A DNA stretch of 13,176 bases from Candidatus Ruminococcus gallistercoris (GCA_019119145.1 DWXR01000082.1:1-13176); one strand, 5' to 3'. Positions 1-9,851 are shown, counted from the stretch's first letter. The notes: generated by a model from the sequence alone, not told the origin. Numbers and translations are program-made.

Positions 1-72
1 AGCACGCCGCCCTACGTTCATGCAGCCTGGCCGCAGGTATCCTGCAAAATGCAATCAGAAGGAGCGATAAAA

Positions 73-1179
73 ATGAAATTTACGATAGATAAGCGCATTT
101 TGACCGAAGCCGTCGGCAACCTGCAGCGCGCGGTTTCCACAAAAACGTCGATCCCCGCGCTCGAAGGCATTCTGATCCGCACCGACGTGGAAAAAATCAT
201 CCTCTCTGCCTACGACCTCGAAATCGGCATGCAGACCGAGCTGCCCGCGGTCATCTCCGCGCCCGGCGCGATCATCCTGACCGCCAGGCTGTTCTCCGAA
301 ATCGTCCGCAAGTCGCCGGCCGACGACGTCACTGTGGAAAGCGACGACCGCAACACCGCGACGATCACCTCCGGCGTCAGCTGCTTCACGATCATCGGCA
401 TGAACGCCGCCGAATTCCCGGAATTCCCGAAGATCACCGACACCGACACGCTGCGCCTGCCCGCCAATGTGTTGAAAAGCATGATCCGCCAGACGCTTTT
501 CGCCATCGCGGACTCGAACGCGAAGCCGATCCACCAGGGCAGCCTGTTTAAAATTGAAGACAACATGCTCGACGTCGTCTCCGTCGACGGCTACCGCCTC
601 GCCCTGCGCCGCGAAGCGATCCGCTTTGACGGAAGCCTCGACTTTGTCGTTCCTGGAAAGACACTCAGCGAAGTGCTCAAGCTCCTGCGCGACGACGACG
701 GCGAGGTCGAGATCTGCCCGAGCCGCCGGCACATTCTGTTCAAAATAGACAATTACACCGTGCTTTCCGCACTGCTCGAGGGCGAATTCCTCGATTACCG
801 CGCGGCGCTTCCGAAGGACAAGAAGACCGAAGTCACGGTTTCGACGCGCACGCTGATCGACAGCGTCGAGCGCGTTTCGCTGCTGATCACCGACCGGCTC
901 AAGAGCCCGGTGCGCTGTGTTTTCAACGAGGACACCGTCAAGCTGCTCTGCTCCACGACAATGGGCCGCGCGAACGACCAGATCGAGGCGAAAATTACCG
1001 GCGACCCGCTCGAGATCGGCTTCAACAACAAGTATCTGCTCGATGCGCTCCGCGCGGCCGAATGCGACGAAGTGCGGCTGGAGCTCGGCGGGCCGATCAG
1101 CCCGATGCTCGTCCTGCCGAAGGAGGGCGACAGCTTCTCGTTCCTCGTCCTGCCGGTCCGCCTGCGCAGCGAGGTTTAA
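73..1179 (+). CDS. dnaN: DNA polymerase III beta subunit (sliding clamp)
   Basis: Track ORF 49..1179. The in-frame ATG at 73 has AGAAGGAG (57-64) 8 nt upstream, and the product then begins MKFTIDKRILTEAV, as beta clamps typically do. Length is ~368 aa. The position directly upstream of yaaA-recF-gyrB-gyrA is the conserved Bacillota arrangement. Confidence 0.95.
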   Translation: MKFTIDKRILTEAVGNLQRAVSTKTSIPALEGILIRTDVEKIILSAYDLEIGMQTELPAVISAPGAIILTARLFSEIVRKSPADDVTVESDDRNTATITSGVSCFTIIGMNAAEFPEFPKITDTDTLRLPANVLKSMIRQTLFAIADSNAKPIHQGSLFKIEDNMLDVVSVDGYRLALRREAIRFDGSLDFVVPGKTLSEVLKLLRDDDGEVEICPSRRHILFKIDNYTVLSALLEGEFLDYRAALPKDKKTEVTVSTRTLIDSVERVSLLITDRLKSPVRCVFNEDTVKLLCSTTMGRANDQIEAKITGDPLEIGFNNKYLLDALRAAECDEVRLELGGPISPMLVLPKEGDSFSFLVLPVRLRSEV

Positions 1180-1188
1180 GCTTACGGA

Positions 1189-1234
1189 ATGTTTCACGCA
1201 GTGTCCGCGAGCGGTGCACAGCGGCGTGAAACAT
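1189..1234. repeat. Perfect 11-bp inverted repeat (ATGTTTCACGC / GCGTGAAACAT) with a 24-nt spacer, in the dnaN-yaaA intergenic region
   Basis: The arms at 1189-1199 and 1224-1234 are exact reverse complements. The spacer contains a small CCG-CGAG-CGG hairpin. No U-tract follows on either strand, so this is not a canonical intrinsic terminator. Confidence 0.5.
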
Positions 1235-1260
1235 AAAATCGGATAAGAGGAAATGATTCG

Positions 1261-1482
1261 ATGAACGAAACGATACAGATCACAACAGAATTCATCCGGC
1301 TCGACGCGCTTTTGAAGTTCGGCGGCGCGCTGGATACCGGCGGCCAGGCGAAATTCGTCATCCAGAACGGGGACGTCCTCGTCAACGGCGAGGTCTGCAC
1401 GATGCGCGGCAAGAAGATGCGCGACGGCGATTTCGCCGAGTACAACGGCGTGCGCTACACCGTGCAGGTCGCGGAGGGCTGA
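1261..1482 (+). CDS. yaaA: Small S4-like RNA-binding protein (YaaA/RlbA family)
   Basis: 73-aa ORF with GAGG (1247-1250) 10 nt upstream of the ATG. The sequence [31 protein letters not shown] fits the small S4-domain YaaA family. Its location between dnaN and recF is conserved in Bacillota. Confidence 0.85.
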   Translation: MNETIQITTEFIRLDALLKFGGALDTGGQAKFVIQNGDVLVNGEVCTMRGKKMRDGDFAEYNGVRYTVQVAEG

Positions 1483-1486
1483 GGCT

Positions 1487-2590
1487 TTGAACGTCACACG
1501 CCTTGGCTTTGAGCAGTTCCGCAACCTGCAGGACGGGGAGATCTTCCCGTGCGACACGATCAACGTGATTTTCGGCAGCAACGCGCAGGGCAAGACGAAC
1601 CTGCTCGAGGCGATCTGGCTTTTCACCGGCGGGCATTCGTTCCGCGGCACGAAGGACGGCGAGCTGCCGCGTCTCGTCGACGGGAAAAACGCCGAGTCGG
1701 CCGCGCTCTCGATGGACCTTTTCACCGAGGGGCGCGCGCAGAACCTGCAGCTCCTGTTTAAAAACGGGCGGCGCTCGAGCGTGATCAACGGCGTTGAAAA
1801 AAAGACGGGCTCCGCGCTCGTCGGCAAATTCTGCGCGGTCATCTTTTCGCCGGAGCACCTGCTGCTTGTGAAGGAGGGCCCTGCGCGGCGGCGCGCGTTT
1901 ATCGACGGCGCGCTGTGCCAGGCGAAGCCCGCGTTTGCCCGCGTGCTGACGAATTACAACAAGGCGCTGCAGCAGCGCAACGCGCTTTTGAAGGACATCG
2001 TGCGCCACCCGGAGCTTGAGGACACGCTCGACATCTGGGACGAGCGGCTGATTCTGTTCGGCACGCAGGTCACGCTGGAGCGCATCGCGTTCTGCCGGGC
2101 GCTTGCGCCGAAGGCCGCGGAGATCTACAGCGGCATCGCGAAGGAGCGCGAGGGCGTCGCGTTTTCCTACGCGCCGTTTCGCGGCGCCGACACGCAGGAG
2201 AAGATCGCGGGGGCGTTCTTTTCTGCCCTTAGGGAGAACCGCGCGACGGATATCCGCATGGGCTTCACCTCGGCCGGCCCGCACCGGGACGACCTCTCGA
2301 TCGAGATCGACGGGCTTTCCGCCCGCACATACGGCTCGCAGGGGCAGCAGCGCAGCATTGTGCTGGCGCTGAAGCTCGCGGAGGCCGACATCCTGTTCGA
2401 AAAGACCGGCGAGCGGCCCGTGGTCCTTCTCGACGACGTGATGAGCGAGCTGGACATGAGCCGGCGCGACTACCTTCTGAACCACCTAGACGGCCGGCAG
2501 GTGTTCATCACCTGCTGCGACCCCGAAACCGTCCGCCTGATGGAGCGCGGCCGCGGCTTCCTCGTGGAGCGCGGCGTGCTGAAAAATTAA
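1487..2590 (+). CDS. recF: DNA replication and repair protein RecF
   Basis: TTG start at 1487, 4 nt after the yaaA stop, with GGAGGG (1473-1478) 8 nt upstream. It has Walker A GSNAQGKTN, an ABC-like signature YGSQGQQRS and Walker B VVLLDDVMSELD. Length is 367 aa, and synteny fits. Confidence 0.95.
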   Translation: MNVTRLGFEQFRNLQDGEIFPCDTINVIFGSNAQGKTNLLEAIWLFTGGHSFRGTKDGELPRLVDGKNAESAALSMDLFTEGRAQNLQLLFKNGRRSSVINGVEKKTGSALVGKFCAVIFSPEHLLLVKEGPARRRAFIDGALCQAKPAFARVLTNYNKALQQRNALLKDIVRHPELEDTLDIWDERLILFGTQVTLERIAFCRALAPKAAEIYSGIAKEREGVAFSYAPFRGADTQEKIAGAFFSALRENRATDIRMGFTSAGPHRDDLSIEIDGLSARTYGSQGQQRSIVLALKLAEADILFEKTGERPVVLLDDVMSELDMSRRDYLLNHLDGRQVFITCCDPETVRLMERGRGFLVERGVLKN

Positions 2591-2643
2591 GAAAACGGTT
2601 ACATTCTCCGGCTGTACGCCGGGCGGGTTTTATGATAAAATTA

Positions 2644-2652
2644 TGGTAAAAT
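2644..2652 (+). promoter_or_regulatory. Candidate extended -10 element (TGgTAAAAT) upstream of remB
   Basis: TG at 2644-2645 and TAAAAT at 2647-2652 lie in the only AT-rich patch of the recF-remB spacer. No good -35 hexamer is present, so this is tentative. Confidence 0.3.
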
Positions 2653-2726
2653 AACATGTGTGCGGCCTGTTTTGCGCCCTGGGGCGGGAACAGGCGCCGC
2701 GCACGCTGCTTTAAAAGGGGGATCGC

Positions 2727-3026
2727 ATGTATATCCATCTCGGCCTCGGCGTCGTCGTGCGTGAAGACGACGTGATCGGCATATTTGACCTGGAAAATAC
2801 GACGGTCTCCAAAACGACGCGCGATTTCCTGAAGCGGGCGGAGGACGAAAACCTTGTGGAGGACGTCTGCTACGACCTGCCGCGCTCCATCGTCGTGTGC
2901 CGCGACTTTGTCTGCGGCCAGCGCGTCTACATCACGCAGATTGCGCCCGCAACGCTTTTGAAGCGCTCCCGTGCCGAGCTCGGCGGCCTTCCGTTTGAAC
3001 GGCCAGCGGCGCAGAAGCAGAAATAA
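2727..3026 (+). CDS. remB: DUF370 protein, extracellular matrix/biofilm regulator RemB (YaaB) family
   Basis: 99-aa ORF with AAGGGGGA RBS 5 nt upstream. The N-terminus MYIHLGLGVVVREDDVIGIFDL, plus the later SIVV and ...TLLKR segments, resemble B. subtilis RemB/YaaB. The recF-remB-gyrB position is conserved. Confidence 0.8.
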   Translation: MYIHLGLGVVVREDDVIGIFDLENTTVSKTTRDFLKRAEDENLVEDVCYDLPRSIVVCRDFVCGQRVYITQIAPATLLKRSRAELGGLPFERPAAQKQK

Positions 3027-3047
3027 TCAGGAAAGGAAACCCATCTT

Positions 3048-3479
3048 ATGCAGTATTTTGGTATCCCGACGTGCCCGTATTGCCGCAAGCGCGTCAATCT
3101 GATCCGCACGTGGAAGCTCAAGCGCGAGGGCGAGTACAAGTGCCCGCGCTGCGGCGGCATCTCGAACGTGTATCTTTCCCCGCTCGTCTATGTGTTCTCC
3201 GTGATCGCGATTTGCGCCGGCGTATGCATCTACTTCTTCCATAAGTTCGTGCTCGACGACATCGGGCTGTTCACCTGCCTGTATGTCCTGATCCCGTTCG
3301 TCCTCTTTTTCATCCTGAGCCTCTTCACGGTCTACCTGAAAAAGCCGGTCATCAAGCGCGTGCAGCGCCCGGCACAGGAGAAGCGCCGGCCGGCCGCGCA
3401 GCGCCGCGGCGCAGAGCGCGGCGCCGACGACGCCTTTTCCGAGATGGATACCGGCCGGTATACGGATGAAGGCCGCTGA
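3048..3479 (+). CDS. Hypothetical small membrane protein with an N-terminal zinc ribbon (CPYC...CPRC), two predicted TM helices and a basic/acidic C-terminal tail
   Basis: 143-aa ORF with AGGAAAGGAAA RBS upstream, starting 21 nt after remB. Third codon positions are GC-rich like neighbouring genes. It has CxxC-x19-CxxC followed by two hydrophobic stretches (LVYVFSVIAICAGVCIYFF and IGLFTCLYVLIPFVLFFILSLFTVYL). I recognise no family. Confidence 0.7.
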   Translation: MQYFGIPTCPYCRKRVNLIRTWKLKREGEYKCPRCGGISNVYLSPLVYVFSVIAICAGVCIYFFHKFVLDDIGLFTCLYVLIPFVLFFILSLFTVYLKKPVIKRVQRPAQEKRRPAAQRRGAERGADDAFSEMDTGRYTDEGR

Positions 3480-3574
3480 CCCGGCCCGCTTCGGTTTTAA
3501 ACGCGCGGCGATCGGCCCGGCTTTCGGTCGGGGGCGCTTCACGCGTTTCAAAAAGCGAAACAGACAGAAAAATG

Positions 3575-3610
3575 TGCACAGGGAAACCCGCGGTTTTCCT
3601 GTGCATTTTT
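3575..3610 (+). terminator. Rho-independent terminator ending the remB/zinc-ribbon transcript
   Basis: A 14-bp stem (3575-3588 pairs with 3592-3605, one G-U pair) with a 3-nt loop is followed by TTTTT (3606-3610). An A-run upstream (AGAAAAA) gives it some bidirectional character. Confidence 0.8.
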
Positions 3611-3622
3611 ACTGCCATTTCG

Positions 3623-3636
3623 CAAGGATATCCTTG
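3623..3636. promoter_or_regulatory. Perfect 14-bp palindrome CAAGGATATCCTTG overlapping the gyrB -35 element
   Basis: CAAGGAT and ATCCTTG are exact reverse complements. The last 3 nt are the first 3 nt of the proposed -35 hexamer TTGTAA. Confidence 0.5.
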
Positions 3637-3662
3637 TAAAGCGCGGGCTTTTATGGTATACT
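3634..3662 (+). promoter_or_regulatory. Candidate sigma-A-type promoter of gyrB-gyrA
   Basis: It consists of -35 TTGTAA (3634-3639), a 17-nt spacer and an extended -10 TGgTATACT (3654-3662). It lies just downstream of the terminator and about 35 nt upstream of the gyrB start. Confidence 0.55.
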
Positions 3663-3676
3663 ATATATAAAGGTAA

Positions 3677-5653
<1,977 letters not shown>

Positions 5654-5674
5654 GCGCGAAAGGACACAAAGCCA

Positions 5675-8212
5675 ATGGACCATACAGAAGAAAAAAGGGA
5701 AAACCTCATACAGGTCGACCTGAAACAGATCATGGAGGATTCGTTCCTCGATTATTCCATGTCCGTCATCGTGTCCCGCGCGCTGCCGGATGTGCGCGAC
5801 GGCTTAAAGCCCGTGCACCGGCGCATCCTGTACACGATGTACGAGAACAGCCTGTGGCCGGAAAAGGCGTACAGAAAGTGCGCCGATACGGTTGGCGCCG
5901 TGCTCGGCCGCTACCACCCGCACGGCGACGTTTCGGTGTACGACGCGCTCGTGCGCCTCGCGCAGGATTTTTCGATGCGCTACATGCTCGTGGACGGCCA
6001 CGGCAACTTCGGTTCCGTCGACGGCGACCCCCCGGCCGCCTACCGATACACCGAGGCGAGGATGAGCAAGCTCTCGGTCGAGATGCTGCGGGACATCGAC
6101 AAGGACACCGTCGATTTCGACCCGAACTACGACGACCGCCTGAAGGAGCCGCGCGTCCTGCCCTCCCACTTCCCGAACATCCTCGTCAACGGCTCGACCG
6201 GCATCGCGGTCGGCATGGCGACGAATATCCCCCCGCACAATATGGGCGAGGTGCTCGACGGCGTCTGCGCGATGGTCGACGACCCCGACATCACGCTCGA
6301 CGGCCTGATGCAGCACATCAAGGGGCCGGACTTCCCGACCGGCGGCATCATCATGGGCCGCTCGGGCATCCGCGCCGCCTACGGCACGGGCCGCGGCAAG
6401 ATCCACGTGCGCGCCCGCGCCGAGATCGTTGAAAAGCCGAACGGCCGGTTCCAGATCGTCGTTTCCGAGCTGCCGTACCAGGTCAACAAGGCGCGGCTGA
6501 TCGAGAGCATCGCGGACCTCGTCAAGGAGAAGCGGCTCGACGGCATCTCGAACATCGACGACCATTCGGACCGCAACGGCATGCACATCGTCATCGACGT
6601 CAAGCGCGACGCTTCGCCGCAGATCGTCCTGAACAACCTGTATTCGCTCACGCAGATGCAGGTGACGTTCGGCGTCATCATGCTCGCGATCGTCGACGGG
6701 CAGCCGCGCACGCTGACGCTGAAGCAGATCCTGCAGGAATACATCCGGTTTCAGAGCGAGGTCGTGCTGCGCCGCACGCAGTACGAGCTGAAAAAGGCGC
6801 AGGAGCGCGCCCACATTCTGGACGGCCTGATGATCGCGCTCGACTTCATCGACGAGGTCATCGCGATCCTGCGCAATTCGAAGTCGATCCCCGAAGGCAA
6901 GGAAGCGTTGATGACGCGCTTCGGCCTCGACGACGTGCAGGCGCAGGCCATCGTGCAGATGCGCCTCGGCCAGCTCACCGGCCTCGAGCGCACGAAGATC
7001 GAGGAAGAGCTCGCCGCGCTGCGCCTCAAGATCGCCGACTACATCGACATCGTCGGCAGCGAGGCGCGCCGGTTCGGCATCATCAAGGACGAAGCGCTCG
7101 AGATGAAGAAGAAATTCGGCGACGAGCGCCGCACGGAGATCGCGGCGATCAGCGGCGAAATGGACATCGAAGACCTGATCCCGAACGAGAGCTGCGTCAT
7201 CACGCTGACGAACTTCGGCTACGCGAAGCGCCAGACGCTCGATACCTACCACACGCAGCGCCGCGGCGGGCGCGGCATTTCCGGCATGACCCGCCGCGAC
7301 GAGGACGTCGTGACCGAGCTGTTTACCGCGAACAGCCACGATTACGTTCTGTTCTTCTCCGACCGCGGGCGCGTCTACCGGCTCAAGTGCTACGAGGTGC
7401 CGGAGGGCTCGAGAACGAGCCGCGGCATCAACATCGCCAACCTGCTGCCGCTGCAGCCCGAGGAGAAGATCACCTCGATGATCCGCGTCGAATCGTTCGA
7501 GGAGGACCGCTACCTCGTCATGGTCACGAAGAAAGCGGTCATCAAGCGCGTCAGCCTCGCGGCGTTCTCGAACGTCCGCAAGAACGGCCTGATCGCGATC
7601 GACCTCGCCGAGGACGACGTGCTCAGCTGGGTGCGCATCACGAGCGGGCAGGACGACCTGCTCGTCGCGACGAAGCACGGCAAGGCGATCCGTTTCCACG
7701 AGGACGACGTCCGCGAAATGGGCCGGCAGGCCCGCGGCGTCCGCGCGATCCGCCTGATCGGCGACGACGTGGTCGTCGGCATGAGCGTCCTGCGCGAAAA
7801 CGGCCTTGTGCTCACGGTTTCCGAAACCGGCTACGGCCGCCTTTCCGAGATCGAGGATTACCGCCTGCAGCGCCGCGGCGGCCAGGGCATCCTGAACTAC
7901 CACGTCGGCAAGTACGGCGACGTCGCGGCGATCAAGGTGGTCGACCTCGACGACGATATCATTCTGATTTCTGACGACGGCATCATCATTCGCATCGAGG
8001 CGCAGTCCGTGCGCGTCTGCGCGCGCCCGAGCAAGGGCGTCCGCGTGATGAAGCTCGCCGAGGGCAGCCGCGTCATCACGATGGCCCGCGCGCCGCACGA
8101 CGACGAGGAGGAGATCTCCGCCGTCGAAGACGACGGCACCGCCGAAGAGGGCATGGCGGAGGATGCGCCCGCCGAGGACGAAGCGTCCGAAATCACCACC
8201 GAAGAATCCTGA
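5675..8212 (+). CDS. gyrA: DNA gyrase subunit A
   Basis: AGGA RBS lies 10 nt upstream. Motifs seen are [12 protein letters not shown], the QRDR segment [20 protein letters not shown], the catalytic Tyr in [10 protein letters not shown] and the GyrA box [10 protein letters not shown]. The C-terminal tail is acidic ([13 protein letters not shown]...[12 protein letters not shown]). Length is 845 aa. Confidence 0.97.
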   Translation: MDHTEEKRENLIQVDLKQIMEDSFLDYSMSVIVSRALPDVRDGLKPVHRRILYTMYENSLWPEKAYRKCADTVGAVLGRYHPHGDVSVYDALVRLAQDFSMRYMLVDGHGNFGSVDGDPPAAYRYTEARMSKLSVEMLRDIDKDTVDFDPNYDDRLKEPRVLPSHFPNILVNGSTGIAVGMATNIPPHNMGEVLDGVCAMVDDPDITLDGLMQHIKGPDFPTGGIIMGRSGIRAAYGTGRGKIHVRARAEIVEKPNGRFQIVVSELPYQVNKARLIESIADLVKEKRLDGISNIDDHSDRNGMHIVIDVKRDASPQIVLNNLYSLTQMQVTFGVIMLAIVDGQPRTLTLKQILQEYIRFQSEVVLRRTQYELKKAQERAHILDGLMIALDFIDEVIAILRNSKSIPEGKEALMTRFGLDDVQAQAIVQMRLGQLTGLERTKIEEELAALRLKIADYIDIVGSEARRFGIIKDEALEMKKKFGDERRTEIAAISGEMDIEDLIPNESCVITLTNFGYAKRQTLDTYHTQRRGGRGISGMTRRDEDVVTELFTANSHDYVLFFSDRGRVYRLKCYEVPEGSRTSRGINIANLLPLQPEEKITSMIRVESFEEDRYLVMVTKKAVIKRVSLAAFSNVRKNGLIAIDLAEDDVLSWVRITSGQDDLLVATKHGKAIRFHEDDVREMGRQARGVRAIRLIGDDVVVGMSVLRENGLVLTVSETGYGRLSEIEDYRLQRRGGQGILNYHVGKYGDVAAIKVVDLDDDIILISDDGIIIRIEAQSVRVCARPSKGVRVMKLAEGSRVITMARAPHDDEEEISAVEDDGTAEEGMAEDAPAEDEASEITTEES

Positions 8213-8315
8213 TTCAAAAGTCTGCATTTCTCCGCGCCGCAGTTCCCGGGCATGTGGGACGACGTCGCGTGGCACCGCGCGCTGACCGACTGCATCCATC
8301 AGAGCCGGGTAAAAT

Positions 8316-8357
8316 AACAAGCGGAGCCGCACAATGAAACGTGCGGCTCCGCTTGTT
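8316..8357. terminator. Bidirectional Rho-independent terminator shared by convergent gyrA and the ACT-MBL gene
   Basis: A perfect 17-bp inverted repeat (8316-8332 / 8341-8357) has a GC-rich 12-bp core and an 8-nt loop. U-rich tails follow in both orientations (+ TTGTTTGCGTTATT, - TTGTTATTTTAC). It sits 5 nt past the stop of the minus-strand gene. Confidence 0.8.
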
Positions 8358-8361
8358 TGCG

Positions 8362-9807
8362 TTATTCGGCTTTTTTGTCTGTCTGCGGGGCGGGCTCCAT
8401 CATCGCGCCGTGGCCGCAGCAGTAGGTGTAGACCTGCGGGCTGAATTTTTCCTGCAGGTCGAGGCGCTCCTCGGTCGCCATCGCAGAGTTCGTGTTCACG
8501 CTCGTCAGCAGGTACGGCGCGAGCTTGTTGAACGCCGCCTGCTCCTTGGAAAATCCGGCGATATTGACGACGATGTCGCCGCTGTAGACAATCCTGTTCT
8601 TCTCGTCCACAATCGCGACCTCGCCCTTCGAGTGGCCGCCGTTGCCGGCGTAGACGTCGAGCTGCAGGCCGTGGAAATCCAGCGGGGCGATGAACGAGAT
8701 GGGCTGTTTGTCCTTCGGCTCGCCGAGCGCGCGGATGGTGTCCATTTTGGGTGGACAGTACTTCGAGAGCAGCTTGCTGATCCGGTTGTACGGCGCGGGC
8801 AGCTTGTTCTGCTCGCGGAAATTCGGCAGGCTGTTGTTTTCCAGCGCGAAGTTGAGCCGGCCGTCGTTACTGACGTACACGTCCGGGAACAGGTAGAGCA
8901 AACCACAGTGGTCGATGTCCGGGTGCGTCGGGATGATCGCCTTTTCCCTATCCTCAAAGTCCGGGAACAGGTCGTGCAGGATCTTGAGCATCTCCTGCGC
9001 GTAGCAGGCGAAGCCGCAGTCGATGAAGAGCAGCGCATTGCCCTTTTCCAGAATGTAGGTGTTGCTGCCGCACGGCGGCTCGATCATGTGCAGCGTCCAG
9101 CCGTCCTGCAGCGTGCGGCGGTGGATTTTCGCGCAGAAATTTTCCCCCTTGAACTGCTTGAGCATCTCCGCAAACCGGCTGATGTAGGAAAACGTGCGGT
9201 ACGGCGCCTTATCGCGGTCGTCGAGCAGCTGCATGATCAGATTCGAATCGGCGATCAGCGCGTTCTGCGCGCTTTTGTCGAGGTTTAAAAGCGCGGTGAG
9301 CTGGTTTGCGAACGAGATGTAGAACACCGTGTTGTCGAGCATTTTCTGGGTTTTGTCGTAGTTCAGGACGCGGAGCGAGCACAGCCGCGCGGCCTCGTCG
9401 AGGAACCGCTTGATCTTGTCCGGCTCCTTGAAGTGGATGCCGATCTTGAACGTCTGGTCCTCGTCGTCGCTGCCCTGCCCGCTGATGTACGGGATGTTGA
9501 AGTGGTAGCTGTCGATCAGCTCGAGCACCGGCAGCACGGCGCTCGGCACGTTCGGCAGCTTGAACTCGATCAGAATCGTCTGGCCGGGCGCTGTGTTGTC
9601 GGAGATGTAGCCGATGGCCCGGAGCGCTTCGGAAATCTGGTGGAGCTGTTCTTCCGTTGCGGACACCTCGATGAAGAGCATGTGCAGGTCGATGGCCTTG
9701 TTGTAGCTGACGCGCGTGATGTTTCCGCCGGCTTCTGCGATGATGCGGCTTGCTTTCAGAAATGCGCCGGACTTATCCGGCACCTGTGTGATGAATGTTT
9801 TTTTCAT
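8362..9807 (-). CDS. ACT-domain / metallo-beta-lactamase-fold fusion protein (putative ligand-regulated metallo-hydrolase)
   Basis: 481-aa ORF. Residues ~4-68 look like an ACT fold (FITQVPDKSGAFLKASRIIAEAGGNITRVSY...), and residues ~77-148 look like a second, weaker ACT-like repeat. The C-terminal ~240 aa carry MBL motifs in the canonical order: LLFIDCGF, THPDIDHCG (variant of HxHxDH), GNGGHSKGE, VYSGD and CCGHG. Confidence 0.8.
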   Translation of the reverse strand: MKKTFITQVPDKSGAFLKASRIIAEAGGNITRVSYNKAIDLHMLFIEVSATEEQLHQISEALRAIGYISDNTAPGQTILIEFKLPNVPSAVLPVLELIDSYHFNIPYISGQGSDDEDQTFKIGIHFKEPDKIKRFLDEAARLCSLRVLNYDKTQKMLDNTVFYISFANQLTALLNLDKSAQNALIADSNLIMQLLDDRDKAPYRTFSYISRFAEMLKQFKGENFCAKIHRRTLQDGWTLHMIEPPCGSNTYILEKGNALLFIDCGFACYAQEMLKILHDLFPDFEDREKAIIPTHPDIDHCGLLYLFPDVYVSNDGRLNFALENNSLPNFREQNKLPAPYNRISKLLSKYCPPKMDTIRALGEPKDKQPISFIAPLDFHGLQLDVYAGNGGHSKGEVAIVDEKNRIVYSGDIVVNIAGFSKEQAAFNKLAPYLLTSVNTNSAMATEERLDLQEKFSPQVYTYCCGHGAMMEPAPQTDKKAE

Positions 9808-9851
9808 AGGCGATTACCGGCTCCAGAATCAGGTTTTTGTTTCATACCTAA

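Noticed and set aside
49-72. Longer N-terminal extensions offered by the ORF track for dnaN (ATG 49), the CarD-like gene (TTG 10454) and the lipoprotein (TTG 11567).
   Set aside because: In each case an internal ATG has a well-spaced Shine-Dalgarno sequence and gives the family-typical N-terminus (MKFTI..., MIQVND..., MRNSVIKK... signal peptide). The upstream starts lack an RBS, and for the CarD-like gene the upstream start sits inside the leader hairpin loop.
1-72. Looked for DnaA boxes (TTATCCACA / TGTGGATAA) or an oriC-like unwinding element upstream of dnaN and in the other intergenic spacers.
   Set aside because: Only poor partial matches were found (for example GTATCCTGC at ~38-46 and CGGATAAG at ~1240-1247), with no cluster and no AT-rich DUE. 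The window starts too close to dnaN to judge. Positions 1-48 may be the tail of the upstream gene, but I cannot assign it.
55-1842. Very long antisense or out-of-frame ORFs in the track: 55..1842 -, 1382..2485 -, 3752..5683 -, 5804..8332 -, 8341..9288 +, 10759..11514 +, 12386..13069 -, plus many 60-200-aa ORFs overlapping the called genes.
   Set aside because: These are typical shadow ORFs of a GC-rich genome. They lie opposite or out of frame to genes with unmistakable family motifs. Their products are Arg/Ala/Gly/Pro-rich low-complexity sequences, and they lack RBSs.
2607-2630. Possible weak recF terminator: TCCGGC-TGTAC-GCCGGG followed by CGGGTTTTA.
   Set aside because: The stem is only 5-6 bp, and the short U-run is separated from it by 4 nt. 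This is too weak to call. recF and remB may be co-transcribed, or they may rely on the tentative extended -10 element at 2644-2652.
3027-3551. 174-aa minus-strand ORF antisense to the zinc-ribbon membrane protein gene.
   Set aside because: It has no RBS. Its product is Ala/Arg-rich with no motifs. The + strand ORF has an RBS, gene-like third-position GC bias, a CxxC...CxxC ribbon and two clean TM helices.
3573-3668. 32-codon ORF (ATGTGCACAGGG...) in the spacer upstream of gyrB, and small ORFs in the recF-remB spacer (2632, 2656).
   Set aside because: These run through terminator or promoter elements, lack an RBS, and have AT-rich or irregular codon composition. They are most likely fortuitous.
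8210-8260. Selenocysteine (SECIS) or programmed read-through signal at the gyrA TGA.
   Set aside because: Only a 4-bp CTGC/GCAG pairing with a 13-nt loop follows the stop, which is nothing like a bacterial SECIS stem-loop. Gyrase is not a known selenoprotein. The observation is kept only as a compositional oddity in the findings.
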